Below are positions 19,512 to 29,594 of a DNA stretch of 64,000 bases, one piece after another (position 1 is the stretch's first letter; every line of letters starts with the position of its first letter). The notes under the pieces are model-generated. The model saw nothing but the letters and a program-made list of their open reading frames with translations, was not told where the DNA came from and did no database searches. Source of the stretch: Candidatus Obscuribacterales bacterium (GTDB lineage Bacteria > Cyanobacteriota > Vampirovibrionia > Obscuribacterales > Obscuribacteraceae); the NCBI GenBank assembly GCA_965228855.1, contig CBDDIJ010000003.1, positions 3,072,001-3,136,000 on the forward strand. Direction: 5' to 3'. A program made the position numbers and the translations under genes.

Positions 19512-22500
19512 ATGGCAATAATCCCAGAAACGACCCAAATTGCGACGGACAAAGACGCCCCGCAGAACAATGCTCGGAAACCCAGTATGCGTGACAATCC
19601 ACTAGCCAATGCGCTGCACCAAGTTTTTATCAACAGTCCTAACTATGCGCGTCTGTTAGCAAGGACAGCAAAACAGGCGCAGACGGAGTTGAATCTGGCA
19701 GGTCTGACCGATTCTGCCAAAACGCTCGTTATGACTGTGCTCCAGCACGAGATTCGCCGCCCGATGTTTCTCGTGGTCGCCGACAACCATTCCGGTGCGT
19801 TTTTCCACCAGGAATTAAACAATTTGAGCCGGTACCCGGTTTTTCTTTATCCGTCGTCAGAAGTGTCACCGTACGAACAGGTGCTGTCGAGCCCTGACAA
19901 CGTAGCTTCGCAACTCGAAGTCCTGCAGAACGTTTCACAACAGCAGCAACCGTATGTGGTGGTGGTGACTGCGCGCGCATTGATGCAGCGAGTGCTCGCA
20001 CCGGACGTGCTGGCGAAAAACACTCTCGAGTTGAAAGCCGGCGATGCATACGACACAACAGCTCTGGCGAACAAGCTGGCCAGGCTCGGCTACACTCGCG
20101 AAGCCATGGTTACGTTGCGCGGTGAGTTTAGCATCCGAGGCGATATCATCGACATCTTCCCGTCGAGCGGCTCACCAGTTCGAATCGAGCTATTCGGTGA
20201 CGAGGTTGAATCGGTCCGCGTATTTAATATCGACAATCAACGTTCTGTAGAACCGCGTAATTCCGTAATCATTCCACCGAGATGGTGGATTATTCTGGAC
20301 AGCGATGAGGAAGAGAGATCGAAACTTGTGGCTCGGCTTCGCGAAGTCACGAACGAACGTATTAAAGAACTGGATGATTCGCGTGCGGATACATTGCGCT
20401 CGGTCATGGAAAACGACCTGGTTAGTCTGGCTTCAGGAGCCTATCCGGAGTCAGTTGAATACTATGCTCCTTACGTTCACGAGCAATTCGCGACTCTGTT
20501 CGACTACCTTCCCCAAGATGCTTTGATTGCATTTGATGAATGGGATTCAATCGAACAAAGCTTGCGAAGCTACGAAGAGAAACTGCAAAAGGCTTACGAC
20601 GAGGGTTTGGAAACTGGTCGACTGTTGCCGCTCCCGCGACCATTGCACATGCCTGCAGATCAAGTTCTCCTCTCATCAAAGTCGAATCAAAGAGTGTTTC
20701 TCTCCAGTCTGCCCGTCTTCGAAGAAAGCGAGAAGATGGCTGTCGTCGAATTTCAAGCGAAACCAGTCGATAAGTTCGGCAATCAGATGAACGTGCTCAT
20801 CCAAAAGATCAAAGACTGGCAACGTGAAGGAAAGCGGGTCGTCATCTCGACTGAGCAGCCTCAGCGTCTCATGGGTATCATGAAGGAATGGGACTGCTCA
20901 TCGAAATACGTGCCTGGTCCAAACGACGCTACCGTCATACGTGGCACCACAGACAGTGCCGCAAACATTAGTGATGAAACCGCACCGGCTTCCGATGTGG
21001 CCCTGAAAGAATCAGTTATGATGCGCCATCTGGAAGCATTGAAATCTGGTGACAATGCTGTCTGGGTAACTCGTCACGGTTTCATTCACGGTTTTACCCT
21101 CGAAGCCGAGGGCTTGGTTTCAATCACAGACGGCGAGATGTTCGGGTTGAAACGCAAACCGACAGTGTACAGGCGCCCGGTCGCGGAGAAAAACTACGAA
21201 CGTTTCACATCCGTTGCCGATCTCAAAATTGACGATTATGTAGTTCACTTGAAGCAGGGAATCGGTCAATTCGTCGGCGTTCAGCGAATCGTGGTCGACA
21301 ACCAGCATCGCGAGTATCTGACCATTCAATACTCCGGTGACGACAGGCTGTACGTACCCGTTGATCAGATAAACATGTTGTCGCGATACCGTGGCGCAGG
21401 AGAACACAAGCCGCGCCTATCGCGTCTGGGCGGCGCTGAATGGGAATCGACGAAGAAGCGTGTGAAACGATCGGTGAAGCAAATCGCCGAAGATCTCGTC
21501 AATCTTTACGCCATGCGTGCGAAGCAAGAAGGCTTCCAGTGCGTACCGGACACCCCCTGGCAGTACGAGATGGAAGAAGCGTTTCCTTTTGAAGAAACTC
21601 CGGACCAGTGGCAGGCAATCGTTGATGTAAAAAACGATCTGGAGTCGGCAAAACCGATGGATCGATTGGTTTGCGGAGACGTGGGTTTTGGAAAAACCGA
21701 AGTAGCAATTCGCGGTATTTTCAAAACAGTGATGTCCGGCCGGCAAGCTGCAATTCTGGTGCCAACGACAATTCTCGCGCAGCAGCACTTCAATAATATT
21801 GCAGAGCGCTTTGCGGCGTTTCCAATCAGAGTCGGCTTGTTGAGCCGTTTCCGCAGCGCTAAAGAACAGCGCGATGTTGTTCGCAGACTGGCGACCGGCG
21901 AATGCGATGTGGTTGTTGGAACGCACCGCATGCTTCAAAAAGACATAGCGTTCAAAGATCTCGGCTTGGTTGTAATCGACGAAGAGCACAGATTCGGTGT
22001 CGGTCACAAAGAGAAGTTGAAACAATTACGCGTGATGGTCGACGTGCTCACAATGTCAGCGACACCTATTCCGAGAACGCTTCACATGGCGCTCTCCGGA
22101 GCTCGCGATATGTCGCTGATCCACACGCCTCCCATCAATAGATCTCCAGTTAAAACATTTGTCGGCGAGTTTAAGCTACCACTTGTTCGCACCGCGATCC
22201 TTCACGAGATGGAACGTGGCGGACAGATCTACTTCCTGCATAATCGTGTGGAAACGATCGAGCAGATGGTTTATGAACTGAAGCAGCTCGTTCCCGAAGC
22301 GCGCATCATCTACGGTCACGGACAGATGGGCGAGCGTGAGTTGGAAAACGTTATGCTCTCGTTCATGGCGCACGAATTCGACATACTGGTTTGCACCACG
22401 ATTATCGAATCCGGTCTCGACATTCCGAATACAAACACGATCATTATCAATGAAGCCGATCGCTTTGGTCTGGCTCAGTTGTATCAGTTGAGAGGTCGCG

Positions 22501-23261
22501 TCGGCCGGTCCGACGTTCAAGCCTATTGCTACTGCTTATACAAACCGCAGAAAGTAATTACAGAACTAGCTCAAAGTCGCTTAAAGGCAATTCGCGAATT
22601 CACATCGCTTGGATCCGGCTATCAGATTGCCTTGCGCGATATGGAAATCCGCGGCGTTGGAAACATTCTGGGCGGAGAACAGCATGGACACATGGTTTCC
22701 GTTGGATTCGATCTTTATTGCAAACTGTTGGAAGAATCAGTTTCAGAACTGAAAGGTGCTAATGTTTCAAGAGAATCGGACAGCCAGATCGATATCAACG
22801 TAACCGCATACATTCCTGAAACGTACATTCAAGACAACCAGCAAAGACTGCTTGAATACAAGCGACTCGCCGATGTAAGAAATGAGCACGAGCTGGTGCG
22901 CTTGATGGAAGAATGGAAGGATCGTTTTGGAACGGTTCCGGTGGAAGCAGTTCAACTAACCAAAGTAATCAAGCTGCGGTTGTTGGCGACCCAGGCAGGT
23001 GTCTCTCACATCAAGCCTGACATGCAATCCGGACTGCGGCTATCCGTCGCATATAGACTGCAACAGTGGCTGCCTATTCAAAATAACTTGCCGAAACACC
23101 TCGCGCGAGTGACAACTTATAAACCTGGTATCGCCGGTGGTCAAGGTTCAAGTCCGTACATCATAGTGAAGGCGGATGGTACGGCACCCGAAGACCAACT
23201 CAATTTGCTAGAAGAACTGCTTAGTGCTATGGTTGCAAATTGTCAGCCAAACGCCGTTTAA
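19512..23261 (+). CDS. mfd: Transcription-repair coupling factor
   Basis: UvrB-homology GEFSIRGDIID, CarD-like RID, GDVGFGKT, DEEH, QLRGRVGR, TRCF C-terminus; start may be at the downstream M. Confidence 0.98.
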   Translation: MAIIPETTQIATDKDAPQNNARKPSMRDNPLANALHQVFINSPNYARLLARTAKQAQTELNLAGLTDSAKTLVMTVLQHEIRRPMFLVVADNHSGAFFHQELNNLSRYPVFLYPSSEVSPYEQVLSSPDNVASQLEVLQNVSQQQQPYVVVVTARALMQRVLAPDVLAKNTLELKAGDAYDTTALANKLARLGYTREAMVTLRGEFSIRGDIIDIFPSSGSPVRIELFGDEVESVRVFNIDNQRSVEPRNSVIIPPRWWIILDSDEEERSKLVARLREVTNERIKELDDSRADTLRSVMENDLVSLASGAYPESVEYYAPYVHEQFATLFDYLPQDALIAFDEWDSIEQSLRSYEEKLQKAYDEGLETGRLLPLPRPLHMPADQVLLSSKSNQRVFLSSLPVFEESEKMAVVEFQAKPVDKFGNQMNVLIQKIKDWQREGKRVVISTEQPQRLMGIMKEWDCSSKYVPGPNDATVIRGTTDSAANISDETAPASDVALKESVMMRHLEALKSGDNAVWVTRHGFIHGFTLEAEGLVSITDGEMFGLKRKPTVYRRPVAEKNYERFTSVADLKIDDYVVHLKQGIGQFVGVQRIVVDNQHREYLTIQYSGDDRLYVPVDQINMLSRYRGAGEHKPRLSRLGGAEWESTKKRVKRSVKQIAEDLVNLYAMRAKQEGFQCVPDTPWQYEMEEAFPFEETPDQWQAIVDVKNDLESAKPMDRLVCGDVGFGKTEVAIRGIFKTVMSGRQAAILVPTTILAQQHFNNIAERFAAFPIRVGLLSRFRSAKEQRDVVRRLATGECDVVVGTHRMLQKDIAFKDLGLVVIDEEHRFGVGHKEKLKQLRVMVDVLTMSATPIPRTLHMALSGARDMSLIHTPPINRSPVKTFVGEFKLPLVRTAILHEMERGGQIYFLHNRVETIEQMVYELKQLVPEARIIYGHGQMGERELENVMLSFMAHEFDILVCTTIIESGLDIPNTNTIIINEADRFGLAQLYQLRGRVGRSDVQAYCYCLYKPQKVITELAQSRLKAIREFTSLGSGYQIALRDMEIRGVGNILGGEQHGHMVSVGFDLYCKLLEESVSELKGANVSRESDSQIDINVTAYIPETYIQDNQQRLLEYKRLADVRNEHELVRLMEEWKDRFGTVPVEAVQLTKVIKLRLLATQAGVSHIKPDMQSGLRLSVAYRLQQWLPIQNNLPKHLARVTTYKPGIAGGQGSSPYIIVKADGTAPEDQLNLLEELLSAMVANCQPNAV

Positions 23262-23275
23262 AGTGAGGACAAAAA

Positions 23276-24826
23276 TTGAAAACTGTATTTCGTCTTTCGA
23301 TTCTGGCACTGAGTCTCACATTGCTACCGACGGCCTGCGGAAAACGAGAGCCGGAGCTTCCGAAAGCCGACGGCGATAAGGCGACTACAACCACAGACGC
23401 GACTAAAACTCCAGCTGCCACCAGTGGCGACACCACTGCAAATGGCGCTCCAACCACAAAAATCCAGGAAGAAAACCTGAAAACGCTTGAGACACTGAAC
23501 TCCGTAACGAGCCTCGCGGAAATTATCAAGAAGAACAACATCCCGGGACAGACCGTGATATGTACAGTCGGTGGTGACAGCGTAAATGTCTCCGATTACA
23601 AACATATTCTCAAAGCTAAACAAGATCAGATCAGACAGGTCCTGCAACAAGATCCTTCGCAAAGACTTCCACTTCTCGAACATGCGAATAAAGAAAACGT
23701 CCAGCTCACAGCAGAAGAGAAGAAAAATCTTTTAGAGCAGGCGCACAACACCCTCGGCAAGAATCTACCGGCGCTTCTGAAGCAGAACAAATTGACCGAA
23801 GCTCAATTCGAATCGCAGATGATGGAGATGGGTCGCGCGTTGAAAACCGCAACGCGAGCGATTGAGAAGAAATTGATCAACGAACTGATCAATCAGGCGA
23901 TACTCGTTGATGCCGCAAGAAATGCCGGCATGGCAAAGACCGCATTCAATCGCTACATCGAATTCAAACACTCACCTGCATACGATCAAGTTACCAGTTT
24001 CACAGACCTGACTCCGGATCAGCTTCGAGACAAAATTATCGAAGAATACCTCTCCGAAGCGATGCAAAAGAAGATTGTCGAGGCGCATGCGCTACCGGAT
24101 TCGAAAGTACTTGAGCTTTATAATTCGCAGAAGGAACAGTTCAAACATCCTGCTCGCGTGAAGTGGAGCCAGATCGTCATTGCGGCGCCATCGCAGGACA
24201 TGGGCGCTATGGAAAGCATCCGCTCTCAAGTGAAAAGGCAGTTCCCGGATCTGTCCGGTGCAGCCCTGGAAGCTAAGGTAAAAGAAACGGAAGAGTTCCA
24301 ACACAAAAAAGCAGTCGACATCCTCAACGAAATCAAAGCGGGCAAAGACTTCGCTGCCGAGGCAAACGAGAAGACAGATGATCTTCCCGCCAAAGCGTCA
24401 GCCAAGGGCGGCGACATGGGATATGTCGACATTGACGAAATCAAAAAGAATGAACTGCTTTCCAAAGTTGGCGACGCTTTACAAAAATTGAAAGTCGGAG
24501 AGGTTTGTCAGGAACCGATTCAATCACTGTTTGGCTGGCACATTGTGAAGTTGACAGGCAAACAAGACGCCGGCACAGCATCATTCGCGGAAGTCAAGGA
24601 CGAACTTAAACAAGCTCTCGCTCAGCAGCAAGCAGGCATGGCTGTTGGAATGTGGATAATGGAAAAGCGTAAGACCGTGCCGATTCGCATCACGCCAGAG
24701 TTTCAGAAATATCTTGACGCAACGTCAGGAGCGGTTAAAGCGGCGACATCAAGTCAACCAGCACCGGCTGCAACAAGCGCGGCTTCGGCACCGACATCCA
24801 AGCCTGCAACGTCTAAACCAAACTAA
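23276..24826 (+). CDS. PrsA/SurA-like parvulin peptidyl-prolyl isomerase lipoprotein
   Basis: Lipobox-like LPTAC; SurA-N-like helices; parvulin motifs KGGDMGYV and SLFGWHIVKL; directly follows mfd. Confidence 0.85.
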   Translation: MKTVFRLSILALSLTLLPTACGKREPELPKADGDKATTTTDATKTPAATSGDTTANGAPTTKIQEENLKTLETLNSVTSLAEIIKKNNIPGQTVICTVGGDSVNVSDYKHILKAKQDQIRQVLQQDPSQRLPLLEHANKENVQLTAEEKKNLLEQAHNTLGKNLPALLKQNKLTEAQFESQMMEMGRALKTATRAIEKKLINELINQAILVDAARNAGMAKTAFNRYIEFKHSPAYDQVTSFTDLTPDQLRDKIIEEYLSEAMQKKIVEAHALPDSKVLELYNSQKEQFKHPARVKWSQIVIAAPSQDMGAMESIRSQVKRQFPDLSGAALEAKVKETEEFQHKKAVDILNEIKAGKDFAAEANEKTDDLPAKASAKGGDMGYVDIDEIKKNELLSKVGDALQKLKVGEVCQEPIQSLFGWHIVKLTGKQDAGTASFAEVKDELKQALAQQQAGMAVGMWIMEKRKTVPIRITPEFQKYLDATSGAVKAATSSQPAPAATSAASAPTSKPATSKPN

Positions 24827-24897
24827 TAGCCTCTCAGCAACTACGAATTACCCTTCAATCTGAGATAATGGCTCCAACGATGACCGGAGGAGCTTAG

Positions 24898-25758
24898 ATG
24901 ATCTTGAAAACCACCAACAACTCAAGACGAGCATTTTTTACTACACTCACTGTATTAACGATCGCTCTGCAAGGGTTCACCGTATGTGGTGCCGAAGCAG
25001 CATCAAAAAAGAAGCAAGAAAAAGCCCCCGCAGTCAGCTCAACGACTGAGGACCTCGTAGAAGCGGGCGTGCGCGATCTATCGTTTAAGAAAACGACAGA
25101 AGCCCTGGCAAACTTCGATAAGGCTATCAAAGAAAATCCGAATTACGCTCTCAGCTACGGCAACAGAGCAAATGCTTACATCGCCCAAGGTAAGTACAAA
25201 GAAGCGATCGCTGATTGCGACAAAGCAATCTCACTTGACCCTTCACTCGCAATTGCGTACGTAAACAGATCGTGGGTCTATAACCTTACTCGTCAATACC
25301 AGAAATCGGTTGCCGATTGCGACAAAGCTATCAGCCTGGCACCGAATATGGTGATTGCGTACACGAACCGGTCTCATGCTTATAACAAACTCGGAAAGCA
25401 CAAAGAGGCTCTCGAGGACTGCAATAAGGTCATTGGAATCAATAAAGAGTTTGCACCGGCGTATGTAAACCGCGCTCACACTTATATCGGTATGGGAGAG
25501 TTCAACAAAGCAGTGGCCGATTGCGACACCGCAATCAAATTGAAAGGCGATTACACCAAGGCTTATTTAAACCGTGGTCATGCCTACCGCGAACTCGGCG
25601 AACTGGACAAAGCGTTAGCTGATCTCGACAAAGCAATTTCGCAACATGATGGTCTTGGTGCTGCCTACTACAACCGTTCCAAGGTCTATCAAATGAAAGC
25701 AGCGAAGGACATGGAGAAGGCCAAGAAATTCGGTTTCCTCATGAAAGACGCCGACTAA
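24898..25758 (+). CDS. Secreted TPR-repeat protein
   Basis: Signal peptide; regular 34-aa repeats AY.NR..AY...G....A.ADCDKAI. Confidence 0.9.
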   Translation: MILKTTNNSRRAFFTTLTVLTIALQGFTVCGAEAASKKKQEKAPAVSSTTEDLVEAGVRDLSFKKTTEALANFDKAIKENPNYALSYGNRANAYIAQGKYKEAIADCDKAISLDPSLAIAYVNRSWVYNLTRQYQKSVADCDKAISLAPNMVIAYTNRSHAYNKLGKHKEALEDCNKVIGINKEFAPAYVNRAHTYIGMGEFNKAVADCDTAIKLKGDYTKAYLNRGHAYRELGELDKALADLDKAISQHDGLGAAYYNRSKVYQMKAAKDMEKAKKFGFLMKDAD

Positions 25759-25779
25759 GTTACCGAACTCAGATTGTTT

Positions 25780-25816
25780 AAAACGCGTTTCGCCCATCAA
25801 AAGCGAAACGCGTTTT
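25780..25816. terminator. Probable bidirectional intrinsic terminator
   Basis: Perfect 14-bp inverted repeat AAAACGCGTTTCGC / GCGAAACGCGTTTT between convergent genes. Confidence 0.75.
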
Positions 25817-25961
25817 CTCTTGAGTGAAATCTAGCGCGACATCGCCTGACGCACAAAAATTCGACGCACCAACATTCTCACTGCCAATACGGCACTAAAT
25901 CGGCGTTGGAAGTACGTCAAGAATTGAACGAAGTTTGCGTTTTTAAAGTGGTTTTGAACGA

Positions 25962-26339
25962 TTAGCGTCCGTAGTATTGGACGTAACGGCCCGTGTTGGC
26001 GACGGAATTCTCGCTGCCGCCCCAGACCGCAGAGGAAGAGGAGCCTGTGTCGTATACGCCACCGGATTGCGAACTTGCTTCCGATTGCAACACTCCGCCG
26101 GAATCTGACTCAGCACCTGTGTCCATAGGACCACCTGATTCCGAATTGCCCCATTGATAGCCACCGGACTCGGTTGAACCGGCAGAGCCCACGCCGCCGG
26201 ATGCAGAGTCGCCGCCGCCGACCATAATAAAACCGGCTTCCGAATCTGCCATCGCCACGTTAGTCAACGATAGACTCGCTACCGCCGCCAGTGCCATCGA
26301 AAAAAATAGTGTTTTCAAACTTTTGCTAGTTTGTCTCAT
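25962..26339 (-). CDS. Small secreted Gly/Ser-rich repeat protein
   Basis: GGAG RBS before ATG 26339; signal peptide ending AMA|D; mature part built from xSxSGG repeats. Confidence 0.7.
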   Translation of the reverse strand: MRQTSKSLKTLFFSMALAAVASLSLTNVAMADSEAGFIMVGGGDSASGGVGSAGSTESGGYQWGNSESGGPMDTGAESDSGGVLQSEASSQSGGVYDTGSSSSAVWGGSENSVANTGRYVQYYGR

Positions 26340-26562
26340 CGTTTTCACTCCACGTCTTTTTCCAAGAACACCAACTTCAGGGCAAGGCAGAATTTGGTTT
26401 ACGCAACCATCCTACCAGACAATTTCACCGTATTCATCCGCTTGAAAGGTTCGAATCCCTCTTAACAACAGTCGTGTTTATGTACCTTCTATACTTCCAG
26501 AGCCAGCGAAGAACCGCAATTATTCCTTAATATGGTATGTTTCCTGTGTCACGAGCGAGAGA

Positions 26563-27774
26563 GTGGCTAACAAAATGGGTGTCGCAGATACTAAGAGAAT
26601 CCGCCTCGGAATACTGATGATCGACGCGGGGCTTATAACGCGGGACGAACTGGAAGAGTGCCTGCGAATGTCACGCGAGACTGGCTTGCCGGTAGGCCGA
26701 ATGCTGCTGGTTGCCGCCAAGACCTCTGAGACGGTTTTACAGGCTGCGGTGCAGGCTCAATCATTGCTCAAGGATGGTCTCATCGACCTGGACACCGCCT
26801 ATAAAGCTTTGCGTATCGTCAAAGACGAGAAAAAATCCTTCGACAATGCGCTTAAACAGCTCAACGTCATAGTAGAAGAGGTGAAAATCAACAAGCTCGG
26901 CCAGCTTCTCCTCTCCTCGAATTTCTGTACGGAAGAACAGCTGGAAGAGGCTCTTGCCGGAAGCGCGTCGACAGGTTTGCCGTTTGGACGCATGCTCGTT
27001 TTGAACGGTGTGATCAACGAGTCGCAACTGGCCGCCACCCTCAACGCACAAATTCTAATCCGCGACGACAAAATCACAAAAGATCAAGCCGTAGAAGGGT
27101 TAAAACAAGCGCGCCGCCGTCAAATCGCCGTTGAAGTTCCGCTTATGGAAAAGGGCTTTTACAGAGTGCAAACTCGAGACGCGATCCGGCTTGGTGAACT
27201 CCTTTCACTCGCCGGTCTGATATCAGAGTCGCAGCTATTGAACGCGGTCGAACTCGGTTTGATCTCTCAAAAACCGCTCGGTCAGGTTTTAATCGAAACC
27301 AATCTTGTGAGCGAAGAAATTTTGAAGGTCGCGCTCCAGCTTCAAGACCTGGTTATGAAAGGGACGCTACGCCCGCTACAAGCTTCGCAAGTTCTTGTCC
27401 AGGTCAAGGAAACAGGCAAGTCCATTCCGGAAGCGGTCGCCTTGATTGAGCGTGGTGCCGCATCCGATACCATCGATATTACGCTGAAAGACTTCTTGAT
27501 GACATCAAAGACTGTCACCACCGATGATATCGCCACGGCATTCGAGGTTTCTGTTAACAACAACCAGATACTTGGACGCATGCTGCTTCTCTCCGGTATC
27601 ATCGATGAATCGACGCTACAAGCCGCAATGCGACTGGTCTTTCTCGTCAAAGGCGGAATTCTGAATATCGAGCAAGCGCAAAAGGCGTTCGACTACAGCA
27701 CACGTCATCGTGCCACCATAGATGAAGCGCTGCAGGAATTGAACATCCAGCACACGCCGCCGGCTCAGGCTTAG
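26563..27774 (+). CDS. Stand-alone multi-MshEN (c-di-GMP-binding type) protein
   Basis: RLGILMIDAGLITRDEL, KLGQLL..EQLEEAL, RLGELLSLAGLISESQL, ILGRMLLLSGIIDESTL; no ATPase motifs. Confidence 0.8.
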   Translation: MANKMGVADTKRIRLGILMIDAGLITRDELEECLRMSRETGLPVGRMLLVAAKTSETVLQAAVQAQSLLKDGLIDLDTAYKALRIVKDEKKSFDNALKQLNVIVEEVKINKLGQLLLSSNFCTEEQLEEALAGSASTGLPFGRMLVLNGVINESQLAATLNAQILIRDDKITKDQAVEGLKQARRRQIAVEVPLMEKGFYRVQTRDAIRLGELLSLAGLISESQLLNAVELGLISQKPLGQVLIETNLVSEEILKVALQLQDLVMKGTLRPLQASQVLVQVKETGKSIPEAVALIERGAASDTIDITLKDFLMTSKTVTTDDIATAFEVSVNNNQILGRMLLLSGIIDESTLQAAMRLVFLVKGGILNIEQAQKAFDYSTRHRATIDEALQELNIQHTPPAQA

Positions 27775-27878
27775 TCACCACGCCGGATCATTCAGTTTCG
27801 CATACTCAACTTTTGTATTGCAGACTCAGGTTTAACGAACAACGTTAAACCGGCTCGACGGTCCACAGTCGAAACAAC

Positions 27879-28520
27879 CTAGCGCGCGCTGACGAAAGGA
27901 TTCTGGCGCTTCTCGCTCCAGATGGTCGTATCCGGACCGTGCCCTGCAATAACTCTTGTGCTGTCATCAAGTTTATACAATCGATTCGAGATCGAATCGA
28001 CGATTTCCTCGAATGAGCCGCCCCAGAGATCGGTGCGCCCGACGCCATGTTTGAACAGCGTATCACCGGCGAACAAAACACTATCTTTATCGGCGACCGA
28101 GTAGCATAAACTTCCAGGTGTATGACCGGGTGTGTGAATCACGGAAGCTTTCAGGTTTCCGAATTTGACGTCTTCTTCGTCACTCAAGTAGTGATCGACC
28201 GGCAAAGGTTCTGTTGCTGAAAAACCGAACATGCTGCACTGTTTCAAAAGATTGTCGTACAGCCACTGATCTCCTTTGTGCAAGCAGATCTTGGCGCCGG
28301 TTCTCTCTTTCATTTCCCGACTACCGATTATGTGATCGAAGTGCGCGTGAGTATGCAGCAGGTATTTAACCTTCAGACCATGTTTTTCAGCGATCTCGAT
28401 AATCTCATCGACATCACCGCCCGGGTCTATAACGGCGGCTTCGCCGGTTTCCTTGCAGCCGATAATCGAGCAGTTGCACTGCAAGGGTCCGGCTTGAAAC
28501 GTTTCAAGAACGAGTGACAT
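27879..28520 (-). CDS. MBL-fold metallo-hydrolase (glyoxalase II/YcbL-like)
   Basis: THAHFDH, HTPGHTPGS, GDTLF, GHG. Confidence 0.92.
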   Translation of the reverse strand: MSLVLETFQAGPLQCNCSIIGCKETGEAAVIDPGGDVDEIIEIAEKHGLKVKYLLHTHAHFDHIIGSREMKERTGAKICLHKGDQWLYDNLLKQCSMFGFSATEPLPVDHYLSDEEDVKFGNLKASVIHTPGHTPGSLCYSVADKDSVLFAGDTLFKHGVGRTDLWGGSFEEIVDSISNRLYKLDDSTRVIAGHGPDTTIWSEKRQNPFVSAR

Positions 28521-29510
28521 CTATTCGAACATCTCGCTAACCGAGGAATCATCATGGATACGCGCGATTGCTTCTCCAAGCAAGCGAGCAACAGAGAGCA
28601 TCACAATTTTATCGGAGATGTTTTCGCGCTCGTGCGGAATCGAGTTTGTGACGATCAGTTTCTTGATGCAAGACTTGTCGAGACGCTCATTGGCAGGACC
28701 GGAAAGAACGGCATGAGTTGCGCAAGCGTACACTTCGCGGGCGCCCTCTTTCATCAGGAGCTCGGCTCCTTTGACGAGTGTTCCTGCTGTGTCGACCATA
28801 TCGTCGACCATGATTGCGACTTTGCCTTTGACGTCACCGACCACCGACATGACTTCGGCGACATTGTGTTTCTCGGGACTTCTGCGTTTGTCGATAATGG
28901 CGATCGGCGCATCGTCGAGTTTTTTCGCGAATGCTCTTGTACGTGACACACCGCCGACATCGGGGCTCACAAGAACAATATCTTCGAGGTCCATGGTGCG
29001 GATGTAGTCGAGGAGTACTGGGCTGGCGTACAGGTGGTCGACAAGAATATTGAAGAAGCCCATGATCTGAGGGGCGTGAAGGTCGAGCGCGACGACACGC
29101 TGAGCACCTGAGGTGGTGAGCAGATCGGCGATTAGTTTAGCCGTGATTGCTTCGCGACCGGCCGCTTTACGATCCTGCCTGCCATAACCGTAATAGGGCA
29201 TCACAACTGTTATGCGTCCCGCCGAAGCGCGCTTCAGAGCGTCCAGCAGAATCAAAAGCTCCATCAGGTTCTCATTGACCGGCGTGCAAGTCGGCTGAAT
29301 TACGAAACAATCCAGTCCGCGCACGCTCTCTTGAACCTGCACATAAATTTCACCGTCTGAGAATGGGGAAATTTTGATAGGCGAGACATGAAGTCCCATG
29401 TACTCCGCCACTTCCTTGGCCAGCTCTGGGTTGGCTGTCCCAGCGAGAATGCGAAGTTCGGTCTTTCCACCTGCTAACAATCGCTGCCGTGCGGGCATTT
29501 GTGCAACCAA
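28521..29510 (-). CDS. prs: Ribose-phosphate pyrophosphokinase
   Basis: FSDGE, PYYGYGRQDRK, DLHAPQI, VSPDVGG, DDMVDTAGT; start probably TTG 29510 (GGAGG 8 nt upstream) or ATG 29498. Confidence 0.97.
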   Translation of the reverse strand: MVAQMPARQRLLAGGKTELRILAGTANPELAKEVAEYMGLHVSPIKISPFSDGEIYVQVQESVRGLDCFVIQPTCTPVNENLMELLILLDALKRASAGRITVVMPYYGYGRQDRKAAGREAITAKLIADLLTTSGAQRVVALDLHAPQIMGFFNILVDHLYASPVLLDYIRTMDLEDIVLVSPDVGGVSRTRAFAKKLDDAPIAIIDKRRSPEKHNVAEVMSVVGDVKGKVAIMVDDMVDTAGTLVKGAELLMKEGAREVYACATHAVLSGPANERLDKSCIKKLIVTNSIPHERENISDKIVMLSVARLLGEAIARIHDDSSVSEMFE

Positions 29511-29594
29511 GAGCCTGTCCTCCAAGCAATTCCAGCGTAATTGTAGTGGAGAATTCGGTTTAGATAAACTATTGATCAAATGTTTAACTACATA

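Noticed and set aside
26443..26465. tRNA-like T-loop GGTTCGAATCCC
   Set aside because: T-stem pairing is poor and no acceptor, D or anticodon arms are visible.
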